A stretch of DNA of 64,000 nucleotides from the NCBI GenBank assembly GCA_037481815.1, contig JBBFKX010000002.1:15300-79299 (forward strand), read 5' to 3'. A program made the position numbers and the translations under genes. This document shows positions 9,379 to 19,238 of the stretch, piece by piece. Every line of letters starts with the position of its first letter. Position 1 is the first letter of the stretch. The notes below the pieces were generated by a model. That model was not told the origin of the DNA. It worked only from the letters and a program-made list of their open reading frames with translations, and made no database searches. The DNA comes from a candidate division WOR-3 bacterium (GTDB lineage: Bacteria; Hydrothermota; 32-111).

Positions 9379-10395
9379 ATGAAAAAGAAAGTTAAAATTC
9401 TGCTCATTTTCTTTTTGATCTTTTCCTCACTTGTTTTCGGGAAGGGGTTGGGGAAGATAGAATTAAATAAAGGTTTTTCCGGTTTTGGAGGGAATTGTTT
9501 GATTTCAATTTTTCCTAATTTTTCTAATTCTTCTTCCCTAACGAATTTTTTTAATTTGAGAGGTAATGAAGGTTTTCTGGTTGCAAATGTTTTTTCCGAG
9601 GAAGATAACATCGAAGTGGATGCTCTGATTTTTATAGGTAAAGAAAAATTTTTTGTTGAAGATGGAAATCGTAAAATAAAATTAAAAGAAGGAAATTATA
9701 AAGTTAAAATATTAGCAGATGAAATGAATCCTTTAGAGGATAACATAAATATAGTAAAAGATTCAACAGTGGTAAAAATTTTTCAATTAAAACCGGTATC
9801 CAAAAAAGTTGAAATTAAAGGCAAAATTCTGGACTTTGAAAACAATAGTCCCATTTCATTCTATTTTGATGCAAGGAATTGTAAAAACTATTACGAATGT
9901 TACTATGATTCATTAACCGGTACATTTAAAATAAAAGGTTTTGTTGGTCTCTGTACTCTTGAAATCTATCCTTATGGGAATTACATGCCATTGAAAAGAG
10001 AGATAAATTTATCCGAAACTTGTGATACTTTTCCTTCAATATTTGTATTGAAAGACAATGTTACAAAATCCTTCAACACCCTATTCTTAAAAAATGGGTC
10101 GATTCTTGATAAAAATTCTTTTACTGAACTCGATAAAATTGTAAATATTTTGAACGATTATCCAACATTAAAAATCAGAATATGTTCCTTTACAGATGAT
10201 TCCGGGAAAGCAGAGGATAATCTAAAATTGTCAGAGAAAAGATGCGAGACGGTTAGGGAATATTTATTGGAGAGAGGTATTGAACAGGAGAGAATATCTA
10301 TTAAAGGTTTTGGAGAAACGATGAATCTTTTTGACAATGAAACAAAAGAGAACAGGTTAAAAAATAGAAGGGTTGAGATAACTTTTTACAGGTAA
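9379..10395 (+). CDS. OmpA-family outer-membrane/peptidoglycan-associated protein
   Basis: Signal peptide; C-terminal OmpA-like domain (FTDDSGKAEDNLKLSEKRCETVREYLLERGI...NRRVEITF). Confidence 0.75.
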   Translation: MKKKVKILLIFFLIFSSLVFGKGLGKIELNKGFSGFGGNCLISIFPNFSNSSSLTNFFNLRGNEGFLVANVFSEEDNIEVDALIFIGKEKFFVEDGNRKIKLKEGNYKVKILADEMNPLEDNINIVKDSTVVKIFQLKPVSKKVEIKGKILDFENNSPISFYFDARNCKNYYECYYDSLTGTFKIKGFVGLCTLEIYPYGNYMPLKREINLSETCDTFPSIFVLKDNVTKSFNTLFLKNGSILDKNSFTELDKIVNILNDYPTLKIRICSFTDDSGKAEDNLKLSEKRCETVREYLLERGIEQERISIKGFGETMNLFDNETKENRLKNRRVEITFYR

Positions 10396-10396
10396 A

Positions 10397-10810
10397 CTAT
10401 TCTCCAAAAACCTTTAATATTATTCTCTTTTCTCTCATCCCATCAAATTCAAAATAAAAAATTCTTTCCCAAACACCAAGATCAAGTTTTGAATCTGTTA
10501 TCGGAATAATAACCTGATGGTTGATCAGGATTCTTTTAAGATGTGCATCACCATTATCTTCACCAGTATTATGATGTTTATAATCTCTTCTTTCGGGTGC
10601 AAGTTTCTCAAGCCACTCAAAAATGTCCTGCCACAACCCTTCCTCATAATCGTTAACAAGAATACCTGATGTGATATGCATACTTGATACAAGAACAAAA
10701 CCTTCTTTAACTTTACTATCCTTTACAATCTTTTCAACCAAATCGGTTATATGAACTATATCTTTTCGTTTTTTTGTTTTTATCTTTAAATATTCAGTTT
10801 TGATTATCAA
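10397..10810 (-). CDS. YjbQ/UPF0047-family protein (secondary thiamine-phosphate synthase-like)
   Basis: 137 aa; conserved HITSGI and [15 protein letters not shown] motifs typical of YjbQ. Confidence 0.75.
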   Translation of the reverse strand: MIIKTEYLKIKTKKRKDIVHITDLVEKIVKDSKVKEGFVLVSSMHITSGILVNDYEEGLWQDIFEWLEKLAPERRDYKHHNTGEDNGDAHLKRILINHQVIIPITDSKLDLGVWERIFYFEFDGMREKRIILKVFGE

Positions 10811-11936
10811 AGAACACCTCCTTTAATTTTTTTCTATAGGTTTCAACTGAATCCAATCTATCATATTTAAAATCAGGATAAATTTTCTTCCAATCATTTA
10901 CAACTTTTTCGATTAAAGATTTCAAAGCCATATGATTGTTGTTTTCAAATATGTACAATTTTTTATAATCTTTCAACAACTCTTTAGCAGGTGTCAAATT
11001 TGAAGCTATTATAATTTTACCACATTTTGCCGCCTCAAAGATCACTCTACCAGATGTCTCTGGCCAGATAGAAGGGAATATGAGAACATCAAAACTGGCT
11101 AAAACCTGATCGATTTTCTCACTTTCGAATTTACCTTTAACTGATATCCTTTTATCTTTAACTTTATTTTTAACATCACCCCATAAAAGTAGTTTTATAT
11201 TTCCATCTTTTATAAGTTTAAAAGATTTTAAAACCGTATGTAACCCTTTATGGTAAGCTGAATGACCGATAAAAGCAAAAACAGGGTATTCTTCCTTTTC
11301 CCTTTTTTTACATAAAATATCCTTTTGAAAATTTTTTAAAACAACACTTTTATCATTTAAATTCAAAAATCTGTTCGTTATTTCAAAAGATTTTTTTGAA
11401 GGGTAAATAATTTTATCGATGTATAAAAAAATTTCGTCAAAAAATTTTTTTCGATTTTTATACCAGTTCAACCTTTTCATAAACAATGCTAAAAATGGGA
11501 ATAGAAGATCTCTTATCTGTCTTGTGATTGGAAGAAAAGGATATTTATCCATATAGCAATAGATGCAGTTTCTTCCATAAGGTCCGGAGCATAACATTTT
11601 TCTGTTGTTTATAAGAACCACTCTTTCACAGATAGAGTAATAATCATGAGAGACAAAACCAATTTTTATATTTTTCTTTTTGACTACATTTAAAATTTTT
11701 GGGGTAATGAATTTCAATGAATGAAGCAACAGTAAATCAAAATCTTCATTTCCAATCTTATTGAAAAAATCTTCATCATTTAAAAAATTTTTATCTTTTT
11801 TAACTATCAAAATTCTTCTATCATTCACTCCTGTAAATGATGTTAAAATTTTTTCATCATCAAGAGCTAATTCTTTTACAAACAGCGATGAACCACCATC
11901 ATCTTTGAACTCATCTATATAGTGTAAAATTTTCAT
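10794..11936 (-). CDS. glycosyltransferase, GT-B fold (family 4-like)
   Basis: 380 aa; C-terminal [21 protein letters not shown] resembles the GT4 E-x7-E region. Confidence 0.65.
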   Translation of the reverse strand: MKILHYIDEFKDDGGSSLFVKELALDDEKILTSFTGVNDRRILIVKKDKNFLNDEDFFNKIGNEDFDLLLLHSLKFITPKILNVVKKKNIKIGFVSHDYYSICERVVLINNRKMLCSGPYGRNCIYCYMDKYPFLPITRQIRDLLFPFLALFMKRLNWYKNRKKFFDEIFLYIDKIIYPSKKSFEITNRFLNLNDKSVVLKNFQKDILCKKREKEEYPVFAFIGHSAYHKGLHTVLKSFKLIKDGNIKLLLWGDVKNKVKDKRISVKGKFESEKIDQVLASFDVLIFPSIWPETSGRVIFEAAKCGKIIIASNLTPAKELLKDYKKLYIFENNNHMALKSLIEKVVNDWKKIYPDFKYDRLDSVETYRKKLKEVFFDNQN

Positions 11937-13135
11937 AACAAATACTCCAGAATTTTTTCAAACTGTATTACGAACCTATTTTTGTCAAAAGGTCCATCTT
12001 TATATCCTTCAACTGCTTTACTACCTTTTAATGAAGTTAATCTTGCATTATAGGATAAATTTTCTTTTAGGTTTTTATCAAGGTATAACTGCTTGAGATA
12101 ATTGTAAGTCAAAATATAATCCTGAAAAGGAACAAGGAAGCCATTGAATCCATTTTTCACAATATAGCATGACCCCCAGCAGTATGAGTTAATTGTAGGG
12201 ATACCATAGGAGTGTGCTTCAACACTCACGATACCAAACGATTCGGCTATCGAAGGTAAAAGGAAAACATCAGTGTTTAAAAAGAGTTCCTCTTTCTTTT
12301 TTTCTGATACATGGGGATAGTAAATTATAAAATCTTCATTTAAACTTCTAAAATATTTTTTATCGATCTTCCCTACGATTGTGAATCTTATATTTTTAAA
12401 TTCAGAATATAACATTTTTGTTGCTTTCAAACTCGTTTCTATCCCTTTTTCATAATTCTGCCTTCCAATAGAGAGAATATTGAAAATACCATTTCCACCT
12501 TTTGAGGTTTTTTCAGGAATGTTAATGTAAGAGTTCAATTGAAAAACTTTTTTTCCAAATTTTTCCAAATAATCTCTCTCATAGGAGTTCAGACAGATCA
12601 AAATATCAGAAAGTTCATATAAACTTTTATAATAAGGATGAAAAAACTCATATGAAAACCTTTCGGTATGAGGTAATGTCGAATGGATTAAAGGTATAAA
12701 AACTGTTTTTCTACCATATTTTTTAGAATAAAAAAGTGCAGGGTAAACTATCGATGAAAAAGGAAGAAAACCTGTTATGATGATATCATACTTTTTTACA
12801 TTTTTTTTAAGATTTAATACTAAGGATGGGGATAAAATTTTAAAATTCAAAGTGTAATATTTTAAAAGGCCCATCTCTTCAAAATATTCCATTATCCTGT
12901 TCTTATATGGGAAATTTATAAGAAAAAACCTTTTTATCAAAGAACCATAAAAATTTTCCTCGGTTTCTAACATTTTATCATTTTTTTCATAAGAATCATC
13001 TGATACCTTTAAAGTATAAACATCAACATCAAAACCTTTTTCTTTAAGGAAATCAAAAATTTGTTTTGAATACACTTCTGAACCTGAAACAACAGGGAAA
13101 AACCTGTTAAAAACTAGTAAAAATTTTTTAGCCAT
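11933..13135 (-). CDS. glycosyltransferase, GT-B fold (family 4-like)
   Basis: 400 aa; ESFGIVSVEAHSYGIPTI motif typical of GT4. Confidence 0.7.
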   Translation of the reverse strand: MAKKFLLVFNRFFPVVSGSEVYSKQIFDFLKEKGFDVDVYTLKVSDDSYEKNDKMLETEENFYGSLIKRFFLINFPYKNRIMEYFEEMGLLKYYTLNFKILSPSLVLNLKKNVKKYDIIITGFLPFSSIVYPALFYSKKYGRKTVFIPLIHSTLPHTERFSYEFFHPYYKSLYELSDILICLNSYERDYLEKFGKKVFQLNSYINIPEKTSKGGNGIFNILSIGRQNYEKGIETSLKATKMLYSEFKNIRFTIVGKIDKKYFRSLNEDFIIYYPHVSEKKKEELFLNTDVFLLPSIAESFGIVSVEAHSYGIPTINSYCWGSCYIVKNGFNGFLVPFQDYILTYNYLKQLYLDKNLKENLSYNARLTSLKGSKAVEGYKDGPFDKNRFVIQFEKILEYLL

Positions 13136-14462
13136 TCTTTTTGCCTATGTATGTAATTTTTATTTTTTCCTTTGTTTCAATCTTTAAATGTAATTTCCCT
13201 TTTACGACTTTGAAATAAAAAGGAGATTTTTTTGATAAGATTTCTGTGTCATTGTGTTTTATTAAAATCTCTTTATCTTCAGGATAATAAACGATCAAAT
13301 ACTCACAATCCTCATCACTCTCCAAAAAAATCTCACCTTCTTTTGACACGAATCTTCCAACAGGAAAATTTTTATCAAGAAAAGAAAAGCCCTTTCCGAT
13401 GTAAAGATCATCTATTCCAAAAGTGATAGAATTTTTTAAATTTGGTATTTCGTTAAAACTTGAAACCACTTTTACCTTTTCGTAAAACACCTCTTCGATT
13501 GGGAAAGGATTAAAACTCTTATCGAGGAAATCTTCAACCCTTCTTGCATTTAGCAAAAATTTTCTTTTAAATCTGATAAAAAGAATTTTTGGAAACTCTA
13601 TCAACAATGAAAATAATATTTTCAAATGTAGAAGATTTTTTTTTAAAAATCTTGTTTTAAGAAAAAACATTTTTGTTAACAAAAGATTTTTAAAAGATAA
13701 AAATTTCAATAGAAAATAGTACTGATTTTTTAAAATTAAAAATTCTTTTCTCTTTGAAAAATTTTTAAAACTTCCAGAGTACTCATGATAACATACCGCA
13801 TCCCTGACAAACCCAATTTTGAAATCTGTTTCAGTTAAAATTCTCATCGAAAGATCAGCATCTTCATAAAAGGACGAATAAGAAAAATCAAAAAGTCCTG
13901 TTTTATTTAAAACTTCCTTTTTTATTCCAAAACAACCACCTGTTAAAAGGATGTTTGAATCTCTGGAAAATTCTACATCATCGTTTAAACCATAATCTCG
14001 ATTTTTAGCAAAACCTGCAAGATTCAATACCAGTCCTGTCGAGTTTATTATATCCCTTTTACCATTAAATTTTATAAGGGGAATCGCTGCTCCGATATCC
14101 TCATTTAAAAAGATCCTGTCAAAGTTTTCCAAAAAATCTTTATCCAAAATGATATCGTTGTTCATCACAAGAAGTATATCAGCACCAGAATAGAAGAAAT
14201 AATTTAATCCAAAATTGTGTGAAACATAACCAAAATTTTTGTTGACTCTTGTAACTTTAACTGCAGGAAACAATCTATGAACATCTTCAACTGAAGAATC
14301 GTTTGAACAGTTATCTATAAGATGAACTATATAATTTTTATAAGTTTGCTTAAAAATCGAATCGATGGATTCAAAGAAAACATCTTTCAATAATGAACTT
14401 CCATTAAAATTGACTATCTGAACTATGTAAAGATTTTTCTTCATAAAAATTCTTTGATGCAT
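13128..14462 (-). CDS. glycosyltransferase family 2-like protein with C-terminal extension
   Basis: N-terminal GT-A-like region (IVQIVNFNGSSLL, DNCSNDSS, DED-like motifs); 444 aa. Confidence 0.6.
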   Translation of the reverse strand: MHQRIFMKKNLYIVQIVNFNGSSLLKDVFFESIDSIFKQTYKNYIVHLIDNCSNDSSVEDVHRLFPAVKVTRVNKNFGYVSHNFGLNYFFYSGADILLVMNNDIILDKDFLENFDRIFLNEDIGAAIPLIKFNGKRDIINSTGLVLNLAGFAKNRDYGLNDDVEFSRDSNILLTGGCFGIKKEVLNKTGLFDFSYSSFYEDADLSMRILTETDFKIGFVRDAVCYHEYSGSFKNFSKRKEFLILKNQYYFLLKFLSFKNLLLTKMFFLKTRFLKKNLLHLKILFSLLIEFPKILFIRFKRKFLLNARRVEDFLDKSFNPFPIEEVFYEKVKVVSSFNEIPNLKNSITFGIDDLYIGKGFSFLDKNFPVGRFVSKEGEIFLESDEDCEYLIVYYPEDKEILIKHNDTEILSKKSPFYFKVVKGKLHLKIETKEKIKITYIGKKNG

Positions 14463-15286
14463 CTTTTTAAAGCATCATCAAATGGTGGCATTTCTTTAAT
14501 TCCAAGGTCATTTAATCTTATACTTTTCAAAGCACAATTTTTCGGAATCTTTTCAATCAGTTCATCACTTCTGATATTTATTTTTACATTTTTTTTCAGA
14601 TAATCTCTTATCATTTTAGCAACTTCAATATAAGAAACCTTGCCCAAGTTTACAAGATGTAAAATCCCGGAAACGGTTCTGTCTTTCTTCAGTAATTCTT
14701 CCATCTTTAAAGATAAATCCAAGGCGTATGTTGGAGAAGTGAGTATGTTATATAAAGAGACATCTTTTCCATCGATTATCTTTTTTATCGTAAATCCTAT
14801 TACATTATGACCTGGGGTAAAGTTCCCATATCCAAAAATTTCATCAGTTCTTATTATCAGAGCATCAGGATTGTTTTCCAAAATCAATATTTCACCTTTA
14901 AATTTAGAAAATCCGTAAACGGTTTTCGGTTCAGGAGAATCTGATTCAATATATTCTTCCCCTTTTTCACCATTAAAAACAAATCCAGTAGAAAGGTGAA
15001 CAAACTTTATACCAAGTTCTTTTGAAATCTTTGCAAGTTCGCTCGGTGCATATGCATTTATTTTCAGTGATTCTTCAGGATTTTTTTCACAATAATAAAT
15101 GTTTGTGATTCCTGCACAGTTAATACATATATCAATTTTATTTTCCTTAACAAACAGATAAAATTTTTCATAATTCACTATATTCAAATCCCCATGTGAA
15201 ACTGCAAAGACCTTAAATTCTCTTTTAAAATTTTCTGCAAGATATTTCCCAAGAAGACCTCCACTTCCCAAAATTAAAACATTCAT
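14441..15286 (-). CDS. NAD(P)-dependent sugar reductase/epimerase, RmlD-like (dTDP-4-dehydrorhamnose reductase family)
   Basis: GSGGLLG Rossmann motif, YGFSK catalytic Y-x3-K, 281 aa. Confidence 0.6.
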   Translation of the reverse strand: MNVLILGSGGLLGKYLAENFKREFKVFAVSHGDLNIVNYEKFYLFVKENKIDICINCAGITNIYYCEKNPEESLKINAYAPSELAKISKELGIKFVHLSTGFVFNGEKGEEYIESDSPEPKTVYGFSKFKGEILILENNPDALIIRTDEIFGYGNFTPGHNVIGFTIKKIIDGKDVSLYNILTSPTYALDLSLKMEELLKKDRTVSGILHLVNLGKVSYIEVAKMIRDYLKKNVKINIRSDELIEKIPKNCALKSIRLNDLGIKEMPPFDDALKRCIKEFL

Positions 15287-15341
15287 ATCCCCCTCCTGAC
15301 AGCGAAATAACCATCAAATTTTTTATAATAATTAGAAAAAT

Positions 15342-16469
15342 TCATAATTTCCATTTAACAGGTATTTTTACAAAACCCAAATGTGTTTTTTTTGCTCCAT
15401 CAACCTCAAATGAAGAAGCAAAATCTATATGATCGTAAGGAAATCTGTTATGAACATCATAGAATGCAATGGAAATATAATATTTACCTGGATTCAGGTT
15501 TACTGGATTGAAAGAAAAACTTATTTCACCATAATCTTTGAGATCAACATATCTCCCTTCATAATCATAGATGTTTGGACCAGATATCACATTTGAAAAT
15601 TGATCGGTTATTGAAAACCCAAAGATTCCCTTATCAACTTTTCCATTTTTTTTATACCTGACCTTAAAAGATATTTCCTTTCGTTCGAAAGAAGAATATC
15701 TATTGTTTTCGCATAATATTTCAACTATCTCTATCTCTCTGCTTCCTCTTCTTATTATATTTTTTGATGGATCATTCTCTTTTTTCGAAAGATAATTTGA
15801 AACAACATCTTCCGGATTTCCAATATCAACGATCTCACCATTTTCAAGAAGTGCTACCCTGTCCGAAAATCTTGAGATCAGTCCCATATCATGTGAAACA
15901 AAAAGTATTGTAACTCCTTCATTTTTTAGATTCTCAACTTTTTCAAGACATTTCCTCTGAAAATGGATATCTCCAACAGCAAGTACTTCATCTATAATGA
16001 GTATCTCTGGATTTGAAAATATGGCAACAGAAAATCCCAATCTGATATACATCCCCGTTGAATACTCTTTTACCTTCATATCAACATAATTTCCCAATTC
16101 TGAAAACTCTAGAATCTTATCGTATATCGAGTTTATATATTTTTTTGAAAATCCCATAATCGTTCCATAAAGAAAGATGTTCTCCTTACCAGATAACTCA
16201 GGGTTGAATCCAATTCCAAGACCAAGGAAGGGAGAAACTTTACCATAAACCCTTACTGTACCTTTATCAGGTTTTAATATTTTTGAAACTATCGATAATA
16301 GAGTTGTTTTCCCGGAACCATTGGCACCTATTAAAGAAAAAAACTCGTTTTTCGAAACATCAAAGGAAATATTTTTTAATGCCTCAATTTTTTTCTTTTT
16401 AAAAAAACCAACATTGGGATAGTATGTTAAAGCAACATCTTTTAAAGATATAACAATGTTACTTTTCAT
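15342..16469 (-). CDS. polysaccharide ABC exporter ATP-binding protein (Wzt/TagH-like) with C-terminal extra domain
   Basis: Walker A GANGSGKTT, signature LSGKEN-like region, Walker B IIDEVLAVGD; about 130-aa C-terminal extension as in Wzt. Confidence 0.8.
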   Translation of the reverse strand: MKSNIVISLKDVALTYYPNVGFFKKKKIEALKNISFDVSKNEFFSLIGANGSGKTTLLSIVSKILKPDKGTVRVYGKVSPFLGLGIGFNPELSGKENIFLYGTIMGFSKKYINSIYDKILEFSELGNYVDMKVKEYSTGMYIRLGFSVAIFSNPEILIIDEVLAVGDIHFQRKCLEKVENLKNEGVTILFVSHDMGLISRFSDRVALLENGEIVDIGNPEDVVSNYLSKKENDPSKNIIRRGSREIEIVEILCENNRYSSFERKEISFKVRYKKNGKVDKGIFGFSITDQFSNVISGPNIYDYEGRYVDLKDYGEISFSFNPVNLNPGKYYISIAFYDVHNRFPYDHIDFASSFEVDGAKKTHLGFVKIPVKWKL

Positions 16470-17218
16470 AAACTCTTAACCATCCTATCCTCATAAATGT
16501 TGAATATAAGATATCCAATAAGTACAAAAATTATTGCGAAGAAAATGGAATTTATAGTAACTGTTACATCTGGTAGATTTGAATAAAAAAGTATATTCTG
16601 GATCCCTATAACATAAACAGCAACAGGGTTTATAAGATACAGGTGAATAAAATTGTATGGCACGAGTTCAAATGGGTAAAATACTGGACATAGAAAAAAT
16701 AATGCCTGAACAAGTATCTCCCATCCTGCCTTAACATCTTTGAAAAAAACATAAATTATGGAAAGAATTGTTGATATACCAAAAAGAAAAAATGAAAATA
16801 TTATAATGTAAGGAATAAAAAACAGAGAAATAAAAGGAAAAGATTTGTTTATAACGATATAGAAAATTATGTAAATCACATATTCAAAAAAAACTATTAT
16901 AAGATTTGAAATAACAAGTGATAATGGTAAAATCAACCTTTCGATCTTAACCTTTAAAATCAATTCTCTGTTTCTGTGGAATAACTGTAAGGATTGTGTT
17001 GTTGTATTGACAAAAAATCTCCATAAAGTTGTTCCAGCAAGAATAAAAAGTGGATAATTTTTCATGTTGAATCTCATAAACCTGTTAAAAACGATATAGA
17101 TTATGATCATCAAAAAGAGAGGTTCAAAAATTATCCAGAAAAAGCCCAACAATGAATTTTTATATTTCGTTTTAAGATCTGATTTTATGAGTTCAACTAT
17201 TAGATCAAGATTTATCAT
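16466..17218 (-). CDS. ABC-2 type polysaccharide exporter permease (Wzm/TagG-like)
   Basis: 250 aa, about 6 TM helices, translationally coupled to the Wzt-like ATPase. Confidence 0.7.
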   Translation of the reverse strand: MINLDLIVELIKSDLKTKYKNSLLGFFWIIFEPLFLMIIIYIVFNRFMRFNMKNYPLFILAGTTLWRFFVNTTTQSLQLFHRNRELILKVKIERLILPLSLVISNLIIVFFEYVIYIIFYIVINKSFPFISLFFIPYIIIFSFFLFGISTILSIIYVFFKDVKAGWEILVQALFFLCPVFYPFELVPYNFIHLYLINPVAVYVIGIQNILFYSNLPDVTVTINSIFFAIIFVLIGYLIFNIYEDRMVKSL

Positions 17219-17270
17219 AAATGTATTTTAACAGAGATTGTTTATCAGTCAAGAATATAATCGGGTTGTA

Positions 17271-17299
17271 TTGACTATTTAACTATGTTATGTTATAAA
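17271..17299 (+). promoter_or_regulatory. sigma70-like promoter (TTGACT, 17-nt spacer, TATAAA) upstream of dapB
   Basis: TTGACT at 17271-17276 and TATAAA at 17294-17299 in the divergent intergenic region; the ATG of dapB is at 17306, so the leader would be very short. Confidence 0.3.
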
Positions 17300-17305
17300 T
17301 AAATT

Positions 17306-18091
17306 ATGATAAGAGTTGGAGTTAATGGTTGTGCTGGAAAGATGGGAAGCATCTTATGCTATAAGATCCTTCATGAGGATGATATTGTATTGACTGAAGC
17401 TTTTGAAAAAGCAGGTTCAGAATTTATTGGAAAGGACCTTGGAATAGTTCTTGGTATAGAAGAGTGGAAATTGAATATAAAAGAACTCTCAGTATCTGAA
17501 AAATACAAAATGGATATACTTGTAGATTTTTCAACGGAAGAGGGATTTTTAAATTCTCTTGAGTATTCTTTTACCCAAAAAATTCCTTTCATCTCCGGAA
17601 CAACCGGACTTTCAGAAGAAAGTTTAAAAAAAATGAAAAATTATTCTAAAGACATTCCAATCCTATACTCATCAAATATGTCAACTGGTATAAACTCGAT
17701 TTTAAACGCCCTGGAAGATATGAAAGATATTCTTAATGACAGGAAAAGAGATATTGAAATTATTGAGTACCATCATAACAAAAAAAAGGACTCACCAAGC
17801 GGAACAGCACTTATGATCGCAGAAAAAATATCAGAACTTACAAAAAGAGGCATCAACAAAACTGGAACAGTAAACTTTCCAAGAAACGATGAGATAAGGA
17901 TACATTCTTTAAGGCTTGGGGAAATATATGGTTATCATAAAGTGATAATCTCGGGAAACGGTGAAACAATCGAAATATCACATACAGCATTATCAAGAGA
18001 AACTTTTGCGAATGGAGTTATTCAAAGCATAAAGTTTTTATCGGACAAAAAGAATGGCTTATACTCGCTTTCAGACATCAAAAGGAGTTAA
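17306..18091 (+). CDS. dapB: 4-hydroxy-tetrahydrodipicolinate reductase
   Basis: 261 aa; N-terminal GxxGxxG-like NAD site (VGVNGCAGKMGS); position in a lysine operon. Confidence 0.8.
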   Translation: MIRVGVNGCAGKMGSILCYKILHEDDIVLTEAFEKAGSEFIGKDLGIVLGIEEWKLNIKELSVSEKYKMDILVDFSTEEGFLNSLEYSFTQKIPFISGTTGLSEESLKKMKNYSKDIPILYSSNMSTGINSILNALEDMKDILNDRKRDIEIIEYHHNKKKDSPSGTALMIAEKISELTKRGINKTGTVNFPRNDEIRIHSLRLGEIYGYHKVIISGNGETIEISHTALSRETFANGVIQSIKFLSDKKNGLYSLSDIKRS

Positions 18092-18092
18092 A

Positions 18093-19238
18093 ATGTTCTC
18101 TCAAAATCTTGAAAAACTTCCACCGTACCTTTTTGATCAAATAGATAAAATGAAAAAAAGTATAAAAAATCCTATAGATTTTGGTGTGGGAGATCCAGAT
18201 CTACCAACCCCAAAAATCATCGTTGATGAGATGATCAAAAATGTTAAAAAATCGGAATACCACAAATATCCCCCATATGAAGGCATTTCTGAATTAAAAA
18301 AAGAGATCTCGATATATTTTAAAAACAGATTCTCAGTGAAAGTTGATCCAGAAAAAGAGATACTAGTTTTAATAGGTTCAAAAGAAGGTATCGCACATTC
18401 ACTTGAAGCATTTATGAATAAAGGAGATAAAGTTTTTATACCTTCAATATGCTATCCGGTTTACAAAAATCAAACGATTTTAAAAGGTGGTATTCCCATA
18501 GAATACAGGATAAGTTATGAAAACAAATTCATACCTGATATAGAGGAAATAAAAAAGAAGATAGACAAAAAAACAAAAATTCTTTTTTTAAACTTTCCGA
18601 ACAATCCAACGGGAACAAAGGTCCAAAAAAGATTTTACGACGATATATACGAACTGTGCTCGAAAAAAAATATATTCGTGTTAAACGATAATGTTTATTC
18701 TGAAATATATTTTGATGATGATCCTCCCCCATCTTTTTTAGAATCAGATAAAAACAAGGATATATCCTGTGAGTTTCACTCTTTTTCGAAGATTTTCAAT
18801 ATGACGGGCTGGAGGATTGGCTTTATGGTTGGAAATCAAAAAATGATCGAGACGGTAAAAAAAATAAAAACGAACACAGATTCTGGAGTTTTTATTCCAA
18901 TCCAGTTAGCTGCCGTTAAAGGTTTAAAAAACTTTGAAAAGATTAAAAAAGATAACATAAAGGTTTACAAAAAAAGGATGGATATCCTTTCACAGGAACT
19001 TTACAGAAAAGGTTTTGAATTCCATAAACCGGTTGCAACTTATTACCTTTTCTCAAAAACCTTGAAAAATATGGATTCCCTATCTTTTACAAAATTACTT
19101 TTACAAAAAACTGGTATAGTTACAACTCCCGGCATAGGTTTCGGAAAAGATGGTGATAGGTTTATCAGATTTTCTATAACTTTAAACGAAAAAGATTTTT
19201 ATAGAGGAATAGAAAAAATAAAAAGATTAAAAATTTAA
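18093..19238 (+). CDS. dapL: LL-diaminopimelate aminotransferase (class I aminotransferase, DapL-like)
   Basis: LPPYLF motif near N-terminus, PLP-lysine region SFSKIFNMTGWRIG; start moved to the internal ATG at 18093 to avoid overlap with dapB. Confidence 0.7.
   Translation: MFSQNLEKLPPYLFDQIDKMKKSIKNPIDFGVGDPDLPTPKIIVDEMIKNVKKSEYHKYPPYEGISELKKEISIYFKNRFSVKVDPEKEILVLIGSKEGIAHSLEAFMNKGDKVFIPSICYPVYKNQTILKGGIPIEYRISYENKFIPDIEEIKKKIDKKTKILFLNFPNNPTGTKVQKRFYDDIYELCSKKNIFVLNDNVYSEIYFDDDPPPSFLESDKNKDISCEFHSFSKIFNMTGWRIGFMVGNQKMIETVKKIKTNTDSGVFIPIQLAAVKGLKNFEKIKKDNIKVYKKRMDILSQELYRKGFEFHKPVATYYLFSKTLKNMDSLSFTKLLLQKTGIVTTPGIGFGKDGDRFIRFSITLNEKDFYRGIEKIKRLKI

Noticed and set aside
17219-17305. Lysine riboswitch upstream of the dapB-dapL-lysC-asd operon
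   Set aside because: The intergenic region is only 87 nt, too short for a lysine riboswitch aptamer plus expression platform, and no conserved box was recognised.
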